Positions 11,864 to 21,811 of a stretch of DNA of 64,000 nt are shown here, one piece after another. The position numbers were made by a program, and so were the translations under genes. Location of the stretch: NCBI GenBank assembly GCA_964019335.1, contig OZ025757.1, forward strand, positions 62,001-126,000, given 5' to 3'. The DNA is from Diplonema japonicum (lineage: Eukaryota; Protista; Euglenozoa: Diplonemea). Positions within the stretch are counted from its first letter, which is position 1. Each line of letters begins with the position of its first letter. The notes beneath the pieces were generated by a model. That model did no database searches. It had not been told where the DNA came from and saw only the letters and a list, made by a program, of their open reading frames with translations.

Positions 11864-13011
11864 CGCATGCATGATTTCCAGGAAAAGCAAATGAACTCAT
11901 GACATCCGGTCGATGCACCTCCATGGGTCGAAAACACTAAATATTTAGTGGAATGAACGCAAATCTTTCAAATCTTTCAAATGCGTACCTCGAATCAAAA
12001 AATAACCTCAGGACTCAGCATGTTTGATCCAAATACCTACAAAGACCCAAAATCGAAAATTTTCGAAAATCAATTACCCCCCCCCCCCCCCCTGGGCGTC
12101 TAAGGGTTAAAAGTTTTATTTATTTTTTTTTGTGGTAAGATAGAAAAGAAAAAAGGAGAATAGCGGGGGGGGAGAGAGAGAGAGAGAGAGAGAGAAGAAA
12201 AGAAAAAGATTTAATGGGTAAAATCCTTTTTTTTTCTCCCCCCCGGTTACCTCCTAAATATATATAAAAAGGGGGTATTACTTTCTTGTCTTTTTTTTTT
12301 CTTCTTCTTTTTTCTTCCGTGGGGAACGGAGGAAAAAAGAAGAATAATAAAAAAAAAAAGAACAAGAACAAAACAAAAAAAAAACAAAAAAACAATGCAG
12401 TGGTTTTTTTTTTTTTTTTTCTTTTCTTTTCTTCAACAGATTTTTCTTTTTATTTCTTCCCATTTTTTTTTTTTTTTTTTTCCCTTCCACTTTTGTATCC
12501 AGGGGTTAAAACCACTGTTGGTTAGTGTCGCTCAAAGGGCAAGCCCGTTCTCGATTCGAGTCGCCGGGGCCCAGTAGAGGCTAAGAATATCAAAAAGAAA
12601 GTCAAAGGGTTGAGGAAAACTCGCGGGAATTTAAAAAAAAAATAAAATATTTATGACTATATGTTCCTTGTTGTTCGCACGAGCAAAAAACCTTTTTAGA
12701 AAGCTGCGAAAGTTTTTGCTCGGCACAAGTTACATATAGTTATAAAAATCATTTTTTTTGAAAGACATATATTTTGTAACAAAAAGAAAAAAAGAAAATT
12801 ATACATGAGTTAAAGGAGGCCGGTGTTGGCGGCGCCCTTGCACGAATGAAAAAAAAGAAATTAAAACCCCCCGAAGTGTTCGGGGTCAACCCTGGGTATT
12901 AACTTTCTTTTGTTATGAATTTTTATTTTTTTTATTTTTTTTGGAAGAAAAAAAAAATTTTGGGAAGAGTTACTTTTTTTTTCCTCTCTGCAAACTGAAG
13001 AAAGAATCCCA

Positions 13012-13057
<46 letters not shown>

Positions 13058-13434
13058 AAGAAAGATTCAATATTAGAGAGAGGTTAAGGGGCTTGTGCGC
13101 TCACAGTACCATTGAAAGTTGTTCCTTACGCTGTTGGCAATGGCATCTGTGGTGAGATGCACAGTCCCCTCTCACTTTTCTTTTTCGACTGGTGTCGACC
13201 ATCACTGAGACCTTTCCCGAAATAAAGGAAGGGAGGAAGAAGAATAAAAAAAAAAGGGAGGGGGGGGAAAAAAAAGCGAACCAACTGAATAGCTTAGCTT
13301 CTCTTGAAAAAAAAAGGGGGGGGGGAAATGAAACTGAGTTCAGAACTAAGCTTTCCCTTTTCCCCCCCCCCCCTTCTTCTTTTATTGCCTATGTCTCATA
13401 TAAAGTATGGAAGTGTTTGGTGAGTAAAAAAAAA

Positions 13435-13646
13435 GAGTCGGTTGATTGTTGTTTGTGCACAGCCGGTGCGAGGGTACTCCGTCGCAGTAAGCAGTTCGAG
13501 TTTTTCACCTTCAAAGGGGATGGCAACAGACATTTTTTGTTTGTGCACAGCCGGGGTTAACCTGTAGAAGGATAAGCCCAACAATGCTACCACTACTCTT
13601 TTTAGCAATAACAATTCATTATCAATATATTGTTTTTCTTGTTCAT
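13435..13646. repeat. dispersed repeat (GAGTCGGTTGATTGTT...CAGCCGGGGTTAA(A)CCTGTAGAAGGATAA...TTATCAATATATTG)
   Basis: Homologous copy at ~26478-26623, partial copy at ~2706-2733. Confidence 0.8.
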
Positions 13647-13845
13647 GCAAAAAAACTTTTTCTTAAAAAAGTAAAAAAGAAAAAAAAAAAAAAAAAAACT
13701 CAAAAAATAAAGAAAAGCTATCAGTTGTGTGTTTGTTCCACGTCTGTCAAAAAAAAAAATTTTTTTTTTCTTTTCCCCCATTTTTTTTTTTGAATTCTTT
13801 TTTTTGGTCAAAAAAAGGGGGGGGGGGGAATTGCTGCCCCGCGCC

Positions 13846-15114
13846 CTAAATCCTCCCCACCTCAACCTCATGCAGCTCCTCAAAAAGTTCGCTAGACGTC
13901 AGCGGGGCGTTCTTCTTACGATAAACCGTCACAGCAAGGGCGGAACCAATGCACAGAGCTCCAAATCCAGCAGCTGCCCAGTACACCCAAGACAGGGAAG
14001 AAGACGAAGCTGGCTCGTCTATGATAACATTCTTAGTCCTGGCATTGATCTCAGCCTGGATCTTTGCAGCACTGTCACCCTTCAGGTAATACTCACCAAA
14101 CACCCCCTTGTGGCTACCGCTTGTCTTTTTCGTCTTTTCTGAAGCCGCACCGAGGAGCCCGGCTGACCTTTCCAAACGTAATTCCTCTTCCAAACATTCG
14201 TCGTTCCAATCTGTCACGGTGAAAGCCCATTTGTCCCATTTTTCCTTCTGCGGGACTTCACCCCCTGCCATGAGGACCCCAATGGATGTCATTACCAAGT
14301 TTGATGTGTTTTTGGAAAGAAGCGGGGAGGCCGTTACGAGAGCATTACGGAATTTTCTTAAAAACGCTTTAGGGTTGTCTAGAAGTGCTTCGGTGTTCCA
14401 GTCGAGTTTCAACTGAAAGCCATCGTGAGGGTGGGCGGTGTTGGAAGCCCCGTTCGGGCATCCGATACCTTTTAGCTTGCAGCACTTCGTCTTTGCCGTC
14501 TCTGGAAGAAGAGTCGGGACTGAACAATCTATCTCGCATAATTTATTCTCGACACCACAGCACCACTCTGCCATCTCAGGAGTTAAGGAAGCGGGTTTGT
14601 CGCAGTTGTATTTCATTACAGGGCAGTTCAGCCCCAGTTCCTGACAGGATTTTTCTGTTTGGAATTCTTCGTCAGAACGACAGTCTACTTGTTGTTCAGT
14701 ACAGCACTTATTTCTGTGTCTGTTTGTCCAAGGCTCGGGTGTCATGGCGGACCAGTCGCAGTTCAACGGGAGGCTGCAGTCATCGTTAGTGCATCGGGTC
14801 ATCCCTTCCCAGCATAGACACCTGTTGCAGTTGCTGTCGAAGATTGTACCGTGGGGGTGGGTGGTTTCGTCAACAACGCACACCCATGGAAGTGGTTTTG
14901 AGCAGTCCAGGTCTGTGCACAGAAGGCTTCCCTCGTGACATGTACACGTGTTGCATTCGCCCGCGTCGTAGGTGGTTCCTTCCGCTACCTCCATCCCCTC
15001 AGGTGTTTTGCAAAACAATTCGTCAGAAGGCGACCCGGCTTCGTCCTGTCGTGCTGTTGACCATTCTGCAGCAGCACCCCCAAGGTATAGTAAGGCCAGC
15101 AGCATTGTTTGCAT
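13846..15114 (-). CDS. type I membrane Cys-rich protein with pacifastin/VWC-like repeats, 422 aa
   Basis: Signal peptide MQTMLLALLYLGGAAA; CNTCTC..G..CT..C and CNRCLC..G..CT..C repeats; C-terminal TM WVYWAAAGFGALCIGSALAVTVY. Confidence 0.8.
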   Translation of the reverse strand: MQTMLLALLYLGGAAAEWSTARQDEAGSPSDELFCKTPEGMEVAEGTTYDAGECNTCTCHEGSLLCTDLDCSKPLPWVCVVDETTHPHGTIFDSNCNRCLCWEGMTRCTNDDCSLPLNCDWSAMTPEPWTNRHRNKCCTEQQVDCRSDEEFQTEKSCQELGLNCPVMKYNCDKPASLTPEMAEWCCGVENKLCEIDCSVPTLLPETAKTKCCKLKGIGCPNGASNTAHPHDGFQLKLDWNTEALLDNPKAFLRKFRNALVTASPLLSKNTSNLVMTSIGVLMAGGEVPQKEKWDKWAFTVTDWNDECLEEELRLERSAGLLGAASEKTKKTSGSHKGVFGEYYLKGDSAAKIQAEINARTKNVIIDEPASSSSLSWVYWAAAGFGALCIGSALAVTVYRKKNAPLTSSELFEELHEVEVGRI

Positions 15115-15283
15115 TTTTTTTTTTGTTGAACCCTTTTTTTTTTTTTTTTTTTTTGGAAAAGAATTGGGGGGGGGGGGGGGAATTTAGGAAAAAAAAAAGA
15201 GAGAAAAAAAAAAAAGTGGGTTTGGCCTTTGGTTCGATGCAATGGATATAGAGAGAAGGTCTCCCCATTGAAGGCCGATGTTA

Positions 15284-15318
<35 letters not shown>

Positions 15319-15514
15319 AAAGAAAGAAAAAAAAATAATAATAATAAAGAGGCGATTACTACTAGAGAGACTTCGGCCTCACGGTAGGGTGTTTCTTTTT
15401 TTTTTTTTTTTTCCCCTTTTCCTTTCCCCCCCCGTGGGGGCAATTCGAAGCGATTTCAAGGGTTAGAGAGAACGGAAACCATAGAAGAAGAAAAAAAAAA
15501 AAGGGAATTCAATA

Positions 15515-15562
<48 letters not shown>

Positions 15563-15623
15563 GCAGAAGAGAGGAAAGAAAAGAGGAAAACAAGCTCAAG
15601 GAGGAGAAAGGAACAAAACCTTT

Positions 15624-17129
15624 TTACCTAAACGTCAGCATCGATTGATCCGATGTGTTTGCAGGGCAGTCATAAAGCCAGAGGTTACGAGCAATATTGG
15701 CCCCCTTCAAGGGACTGAAATCCACGCTATGCAAGTACTTGTTGTACTGAAAAAACCCGTCAGCAACGTACTCAACACTGGTGAGCGAGGACAGATCAAT
15801 CTCTATCAACGCAACACACCCCTGCATAAACCCTTTGCCGATGGTACGAAGACGGGGAAGGGTTAGATTTACCTGATGAAGAGACGTACAGCCAGCGAGA
15901 AACGAAGCTCCAACAATTTCCAGCCCGGTCAACGGTGACAAGTCCACAGACCCAAGGGAAAGACAACCTGCCAGAAAACTATTCCCAGCCGATCTCAAAC
16001 TGCTAAGCGAAGAGAGATCGATATCCGTGACCGAGCTTCCATTTAGAAAACCATCAACCTCTTTGAGGTTCTTCAAGGGGGACACATCTAGACTTTGCAG
16101 CGACACACACCCTTGCAAAAACCCGTGAGCTCTCGTTATGTTTCGCAACGGGGAGAGATCCACACTTCGAAGGGAGTGGCAGCAGTGCAGGAACCCCAAC
16201 CCTACTTCTGTAACCCCGTCCAACGGCGACAGATCGATCTCTTGAAACATACATCTTGCGAGAAAATACGACCCCACCCTCGTCACCCCTTGCAGGCCGC
16301 TGAGGTCCACCTCCGTGGTCAGGGTTGCATTGTGGAAGAAGTTGTCGCCGATGACCACCGGGCCGTCGGAATAAAAAGCCGCGCTTGACACTGTGCTGTT
16401 CTCCAGAAATTTTTCAGCGATTCTACCCCTGATACCTGTTACTTTTAAGTGTCTGAACCTCCCCACAAGGCCGTTGATGTGCGTCATCGATGCTTCAGAC
16501 CGCCCTTCAAAATCGATCTCAAGGGTGCCAGGGGCGCGGGACACACCAGACAGAGGGCTGTGGTTGTAGGGCACGACCCGTACGGTAGGCTGCTTCTCGA
16601 CCTGCAACAAGCACTGTGTTTGCTCGTCCATGATGGACTTTCTGATGGTCTGTTCGTCCTTTAAAAGCGACTCTGCTTCCAAGTACACTGTAATCGGCTT
16701 TGGTGGTGCTGACGGTGCGTTTTCTTCGCATTCTTTTTCGGGATGGTTTCCAGTATTCTTGATGGTCTGTGGTTCTAGTTGCTCTGCTTCGGTCGGTTTG
16801 GGTGTTTCCTGTTGTGGTGTAGAAGGTCGTTCTTCAGGAAGGTGGTTCTCCTTTTGTCTTTTTGGTTCCTCCCTTGCTGCGATCATGTGTAGAGCTTCGA
16901 CAAGCTGCATCATTGTGTAGAGCAATCCAGCCATGAGGCCCAGGTGTATTATGGAAACGGCCTTCTCAAAGAACGAAGGATGTTCCCGCACTGGGAACGG
17001 ACCTGTGGCGTCGCTGCTGTATGCCGCACAGAAAACACGAGCTGCTTCTTCTACTTCAGTCCGCATGCCGGTGTTTCCTCCCATGGCAGCACCCACGAGG
17101 CACAACAAGGCCAGCAACATTACTTGCAT
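15624..17129 (-). CDS. signal peptide + TM + leucine-rich repeat protein (paralog 1), 501 aa
   Basis: Repeated VDLSPL..V..VG..FL..C.SL units; 5' ~550 bp nearly identical to 18638-19187. Confidence 0.85.
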   Translation of the reverse strand: MQVMLLALLCLVGAAMGGNTGMRTEVEEAARVFCAAYSSDATGPFPVREHPSFFEKAVSIIHLGLMAGLLYTMMQLVEALHMIAAREEPKRQKENHLPEERPSTPQQETPKPTEAEQLEPQTIKNTGNHPEKECEENAPSAPPKPITVYLEAESLLKDEQTIRKSIMDEQTQCLLQVEKQPTVRVVPYNHSPLSGVSRAPGTLEIDFEGRSEASMTHINGLVGRFRHLKVTGIRGRIAEKFLENSTVSSAAFYSDGPVVIGDNFFHNATLTTEVDLSGLQGVTRVGSYFLARCMFQEIDLSPLDGVTEVGLGFLHCCHSLRSVDLSPLRNITRAHGFLQGCVSLQSLDVSPLKNLKEVDGFLNGSSVTDIDLSSLSSLRSAGNSFLAGCLSLGSVDLSPLTGLEIVGASFLAGCTSLHQVNLTLPRLRTIGKGFMQGCVALIEIDLSSLTSVEYVADGFFQYNKYLHSVDFSPLKGANIARNLWLYDCPANTSDQSMLTFR

Positions 17130-17675
17130 CTTTTTTTTTTTTTTTTTTTTTTTTTTTGTCGGCTTTCTGTGGTGTTAAATTTGAGCAGAACAAAAAGAAA
17201 CAAAAAAAATTTTTTTCTCCAAAAAAGAGAAAAAGAAAAGGAAACAATGCGAGAAGTTCAAAAGCTTTTTTTTTTCTTTTTTTCTTTTTTTGGGGGGGGG
17301 GAGGGTTAGATTTACCATTTACCAGAAGAAGAAAGAAGAAAGAAGAGCAAAGAAATTTTTAAAAGAATGATAACAAAAAGAAACCTGCACCTTGTGCCGA
17401 GCAAAGATTTATTGTTTTGTCCACTTTATTGTTTTTTTTTTTTTTTTTTTTTTTTTTGTTATTTTCTTTTTTTTTTCCGCACGAAACAAAAGCGACAGGT
17501 TCAATAGTATTTATTTTTCTCTCTTTTTTTGGGGGGGGGGTGGTTTTCACGCGTTCGGCAGTTCAGGGTTCCCTCCAGACCACCACCAAACGGCTGTTTT
17601 CTTTTTAAACCAGATTCTGTTTTTTTTTTTTTTTACACCGCTAAAATTCTTTCAAGAACTCGGGAGGAGGGTAGC

Positions 17676-19187
17676 TTACAAAAACTTCAGCATCGAATGT
17701 TCACATTTGGCTGCAGGGCACCCTTCAAGCCAGCGGTGACGAACAATACGGGCCCCCTTCAAGGGACTGAAATCCACATTATGCAAGTTCCTGCAGTTCA
17801 AAAAAAACCCTTCAGCAATGTTCTCCACACCGGTGAGCGAGGAGAGATCAATCTCAGTCAACAAAGTACAATGTTGCATGAACTCTGCACCGATAGTTCG
17901 AAGGCGGGGAAGGGCGGGGTTAACACTCCGCAGCGAGGTACACACATGGAGAAACCGGCTCCCAACAATCTCCAGGTTGCACAACGGGGACAAGTCCACA
18001 TCCCTAATGGACGTACAATCTGACAAAAAACAACTCCCGGCCGACCACAAACAACAAAGCGACGTAAAATCCACACTCGTCAGCCCTGTACAACCGCTCA
18101 GAAAAGCATCCACATCTTCAAGTTCCCTTAACGGAGACAGATCGATACTTTGAAGCGACACACATCCTCCTAGAAACCCATGAGCTTTCCTTATACACCG
18201 CAACGGGGAGAGATCCACACTTTGAAGGGAAGAGCAACCGAAAAGAAAACCCGTTCCTACTTCTGTAACCCCGTCCAACGGCGACAGATCGATTTTTTGC
18301 AAAGACGGGCTTCTTGCAAGGAACGACGATCCCACCCTCGTCACCCCTTGCAGGCCGCTGAGGTCCACCTCCGTGACTATGGAAGCCTTGTGGAGGAAGT
18401 TGTTGCCAATGAACACCGGGCCGTCGGAAACCAAAGCCAAACTTGACACTGTGCTGTTCTCGAACAGTCCGTCGGCGATTCTACCCCTGATACCTGTTAC
18501 CTTGATGTGTCTGAAGATCCCTACAGGACCGTTGATGCGCGCCATCGATGCTTCAGACCGCCCTTCAAAATCGATCTCAAGGGTGCCAGGGGCGCGGGAC
18601 ACACCTTTTAGAGGGCTGTGGTCGTGGGATCGAATCCGTACGGTAGGCTGCTTCTCGACCTGCAACAAGCACTGTGTTTGCTCGTCCATGATGGACTTTC
18701 TGATGGTCTGTTCGTCCTTTAAAAGCGACTCTGCTTCCAAGTACACTGTAATCGGCTTTGGTGGTGCTGACGGTGCGTTTTCTTCGCATTCTTTTTCGGG
18801 ATGGTTTCCAGTATTCTTGATGGTCTGTGGTTCTAGTTGCTCTGCTTCGGTCGGTTTGGGTGTTTCCTGTTGTGGTGTAGAAGGTCGTTCTTCAGGAAGG
18901 TGGTTCTCCTTTTGTCTTTTTGGTTCCTCCCTTGCTGCGATCATGTGTAGAGCTTCGACAAGCTGCATCATTGTGTAGAGCAATCCAGCCATGAGGCCCA
19001 GGTGTATTATGGAAACGGCCTTCTCAAAGAACGAAGGATGTTCCCGCACTGGGAACGGACCTGTGGCGTCGCTGCTGTATGCCGCACAGAAAACACGAGC
19101 TGCTTCTTCTACTTCAGTCCGCATGCCGGTGTTTCCTCCCATGGCAGCACCCACGAGGCACAACAAGGCCAGCAACATTGCTTGCAT
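17676..19187 (-). CDS. signal peptide + TM + leucine-rich repeat protein (paralog 2), 503 aa
   Basis: Tandem duplicate of 15624-17129 (offset 2058 bp). Confidence 0.85.
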   Translation of the reverse strand: MQAMLLALLCLVGAAMGGNTGMRTEVEEAARVFCAAYSSDATGPFPVREHPSFFEKAVSIIHLGLMAGLLYTMMQLVEALHMIAAREEPKRQKENHLPEERPSTPQQETPKPTEAEQLEPQTIKNTGNHPEKECEENAPSAPPKPITVYLEAESLLKDEQTIRKSIMDEQTQCLLQVEKQPTVRIRSHDHSPLKGVSRAPGTLEIDFEGRSEASMARINGPVGIFRHIKVTGIRGRIADGLFENSTVSSLALVSDGPVFIGNNFLHKASIVTEVDLSGLQGVTRVGSSFLARSPSLQKIDLSPLDGVTEVGTGFLFGCSSLQSVDLSPLRCIRKAHGFLGGCVSLQSIDLSPLRELEDVDAFLSGCTGLTSVDFTSLCCLWSAGSCFLSDCTSIRDVDLSPLCNLEIVGSRFLHVCTSLRSVNPALPRLRTIGAEFMQHCTLLTEIDLSSLTGVENIAEGFFLNCRNLHNVDFSPLKGARIVRHRWLEGCPAAKCEHSMLKFL

Positions 19188-19204
19188 TTGTATTTTTTTT
19201 TTAC

Positions 19205-19245
19205 ACAGTGAGCACCCCCATGCACACTGAAATTTTATCGAGTTT
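19205..19245 (-). repeat. ~41-bp dispersed motif copy 2, just upstream of LRR gene ATG
   Basis: Matches 11823-11863 and 51117-51163. Confidence 0.8.
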
Positions 19246-19255
19246 TTTTTTAAGC

Positions 19256-19289
<34 letters not shown>

Positions 19290-19750
19290 ACATATCTAAT
19301 GTAAGTTGAAATGAAAATATTTTTTAGAGAGAGAGAGAAAAAGAGAGGAGAAGAAGCTAGGAGGTATCAAGGTTGAGTTGAAAACCCTTCGATTTTTTTT
19401 TTTTTTTTTTTGCTCGTCGACTATATTCAACTTCTGCTACCCCCCCCGATAACGAACGCTTGGATAAAAAAGGGGGGGGGGGGGAGGGGAAGAGAAGAAA
19501 GATCTTTTTTTTTAAGATAAAAAATAGAGAGAGAGAGAGAGAGGGTGTTCACATGATGGGGTAAACGAAAACCAACATTATGCGACCTTTTTTTGTTGCA
19601 CTCCCCCCCCCCCCCCCCCCCCTCGTCGTTTTCCTTTCACTAACTTTGAATGACACCCTCACGGCCAAGAAGTAAGCGACTCAAAATGACGAAGGGGTAT
19701 AACTCCGCGGAGGGGAAAAAAAAAAAACCCCCCACACCTTCACATGGTAT

Positions 19751-19790
<40 letters not shown>

Positions 19791-19863
19791 AACACATGCG
19801 ATTGTTACCCCCTATTTAAATAAAAACGGTTTTTTTTTTCTTTTCTTTTTTTTTTCTCTCCCC

Positions 19864-20715
19864 TCAAAACATCATCAGCATGCTGTGGTCGGCCTTTCGC
19901 TTCGCAGGGCAGTTTTTTATAAACCCGTCGCTGTCCACCTCTGCGCCTCTTAAAGGCCTCAGATCAACGTGGAGCAGGCTCGTACAATTGTTCATGAAGT
20001 AAAACTCAACCCTGCCCACCCTGCTAAAGGGCTCTAAGTCAACAGCCTTCAACGAAACACAACGAGAAAGGAAACAACTCGGGACCATCTTGACCCCGCT
20101 AAGCGGCGCCAGGTCGATGGACTGCAGAGACGTGCAATTGTACAGAAAAGCGGTTCCGATCTCTCGCGCTCGAGGGAGGACGCACTTTTTCAGAGCTGTA
20201 CAGTTCGTCATGAACTGGCCCTGGATAATACAGAATGAGACACCGGATAGGTCTACGGTCTGAAGGCTCCTAGAATCACATAGAAACATCTCTGCGATTG
20301 TGTCCACCTTACCAGATGGGTCTGTTATTGTAAGGTGTCTCAACCCAACAGGGAGCTCCTTCGCGCTAAAATCCAAGAGGCTGTCCGACGCCTGCAGGAC
20401 GAGCATTAGATTCGGTTCCATCCTCAGCCTTGACTCAATCTCGTTTTTTCTCACAGCGAGGTCCTTCAACGACACGGTTGCTGTGTCGCTCGGATGCATG
20501 GTCAGCTCCGAGCCGTTCACCAACGCTGTTGACTGTACCTCCTCATCCGCTGTTTCGTCGCCCAACCACCCGTTCCAGTCTAGAGTGAAGCTTCCCTCTT
20601 GAACATTCGCCTCGTGCGCAGCCTTGCTGTACAAATCTGCCACCCGTTCATGCCCCGTCAGATCGACACTATACTTGGAATTGCTACGTGTTGTAATGAA
20701 CACTGTGATGCTCAT
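19864..20715 (-). CDS. ubiquitin-like N-terminus + LRR protein, 283 aa
   Basis: Beta-grasp-like N-terminus MSITVFITTRSNSKYSVDL..ERVADLY..LVNGSELTM; LRR units IDLAPLSGV..VPSCFLSRC. Confidence 0.75.
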   Translation of the reverse strand: MSITVFITTRSNSKYSVDLTGHERVADLYSKAAHEANVQEGSFTLDWNGWLGDETADEEVQSTALVNGSELTMHPSDTATVSLKDLAVRKNEIESRLRMEPNLMLVLQASDSLLDFSAKELPVGLRHLTITDPSGKVDTIAEMFLCDSRSLQTVDLSGVSFCIIQGQFMTNCTALKKCVLPRAREIGTAFLYNCTSLQSIDLAPLSGVKMVPSCFLSRCVSLKAVDLEPFSRVGRVEFYFMNNCTSLLHVDLRPLRGAEVDSDGFIKNCPAKRKADHSMLMMF

Positions 20716-20809
20716 TTTTTTTTTTTTCTTTGTCTCTCTTTTTTTAAAAAGTTTTTTTTTTGAGGGAAATAATAATATAAAAAAAAAAAAAAAAACTTTT
20801 TTCTTTTCT

Positions 20810-21391
20810 TTATTTCTTATGAACTTGTTGTATAGAAGTTAGCTGGCGTTGCACGTCGTTGAGCTGGACGGTGAGGTGGAGCTCTTCTGTGTGACGCGCG
20901 GCCTTGGCACGCGCTAGCTGTGCTTTGAGCAGCTTGTTCTGAGCCGAGAGAACGGATAGTTGTTGAGTGGAGGCTTCTAGTGTAGCACAGCGTTTGCATG
21001 GGGAGAGAAGGGTGGCGAGCTGTGTGCCGAGCGTGCACCGTTCGCGGATGACTGCCTCCATGCGCTGTTGGGGTGTTTCTACTTCGATTGGTTTTTCTCG
21101 TTGGTTGTCCGTTGCCTCTTGCTTCACTTCCACAAACAACATGTCGCCGCTCCTTACGTTGTACTCCTGCAAACACCTGCTCAGGTCTATTGCAGCGTCT
21201 GGCTTTCCTCTCTCCCTTGTTGTGTACAGCACCGCCGTCCCCTTTTCGCCCTCTTCCCATATCATCCTGTCCAAAACTCTCAAAGCGCTTTTCTGGTGGG
21301 CCAACGGTACATCCGCAGTAACTTCCCAGGTGCTGCCTAAAAGCTTAACTTTTTCCAACAGTTGGTCATCGCCTGAGAGGTACAGCAGCAT
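20810..21391 (-). CDS. hypothetical protein (possible Ubl-like N-terminus, coiled coil), 193 aa
   Basis: Compositionally coding ORF between homopolymer spacers; LQEYNVRSGDMLFV resembles a Ubl C-terminal strand. Confidence 0.65.
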   Translation of the reverse strand: MLLYLSGDDQLLEKVKLLGSTWEVTADVPLAHQKSALRVLDRMIWEEGEKGTAVLYTTRERGKPDAAIDLSRCLQEYNVRSGDMLFVEVKQEATDNQREKPIEVETPQQRMEAVIRERCTLGTQLATLLSPCKRCATLEASTQQLSVLSAQNKLLKAQLARAKAARHTEELHLTVQLNDVQRQLTSIQQVHKK

Positions 21392-21403
21392 CTAATTCTT
21401 TTT

Positions 21404-21436
<33 letters not shown>

Positions 21437-21768
21437 TGTCGTTGTCGGGGGAGGTCTTTCCCCTTCCTTTTTTTTTTATTGTTGTTTCGATTTGGGGGGG
21501 GGGGGGAAAGAAAAAGAAGAAGAAGAAAAAAAATAACGTCGAAGGAGGGGGAGGAAAAAAACATATACAACAGGTTGTGGGGGGGCGGGATGTTTTTTTT
21601 CTTTTTTTTCGCTATAAAAAAAGAAAAAAAAAACTCTAAAAACAAACAAAAAAAAAACAAAAAAAAAAAAAAAAAACAGTACACAAATTGTATTCTTTAA
21701 AAAAAAGGGGGAGAAAGCAACCCCGTATCTTATGATACCGCCAAGAAAAAAAAAAAAGTGAGCTGTGA

Positions 21769-21811
<43 letters not shown>

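Larger units (their letters stand above)
10349..12106. mobile_element. non-autonomous piggyBac-type element (1758 bp) with mosaic cargo
   Basis: TIRs CCCTTAAACGCCCA (10349-10362) / TGGGCGTCTAAGGG (12093-12106), 13/14 match; right flank TTAA, left flank TTAAA; AT-rich arms around a GC-rich interior. Confidence 0.82.
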
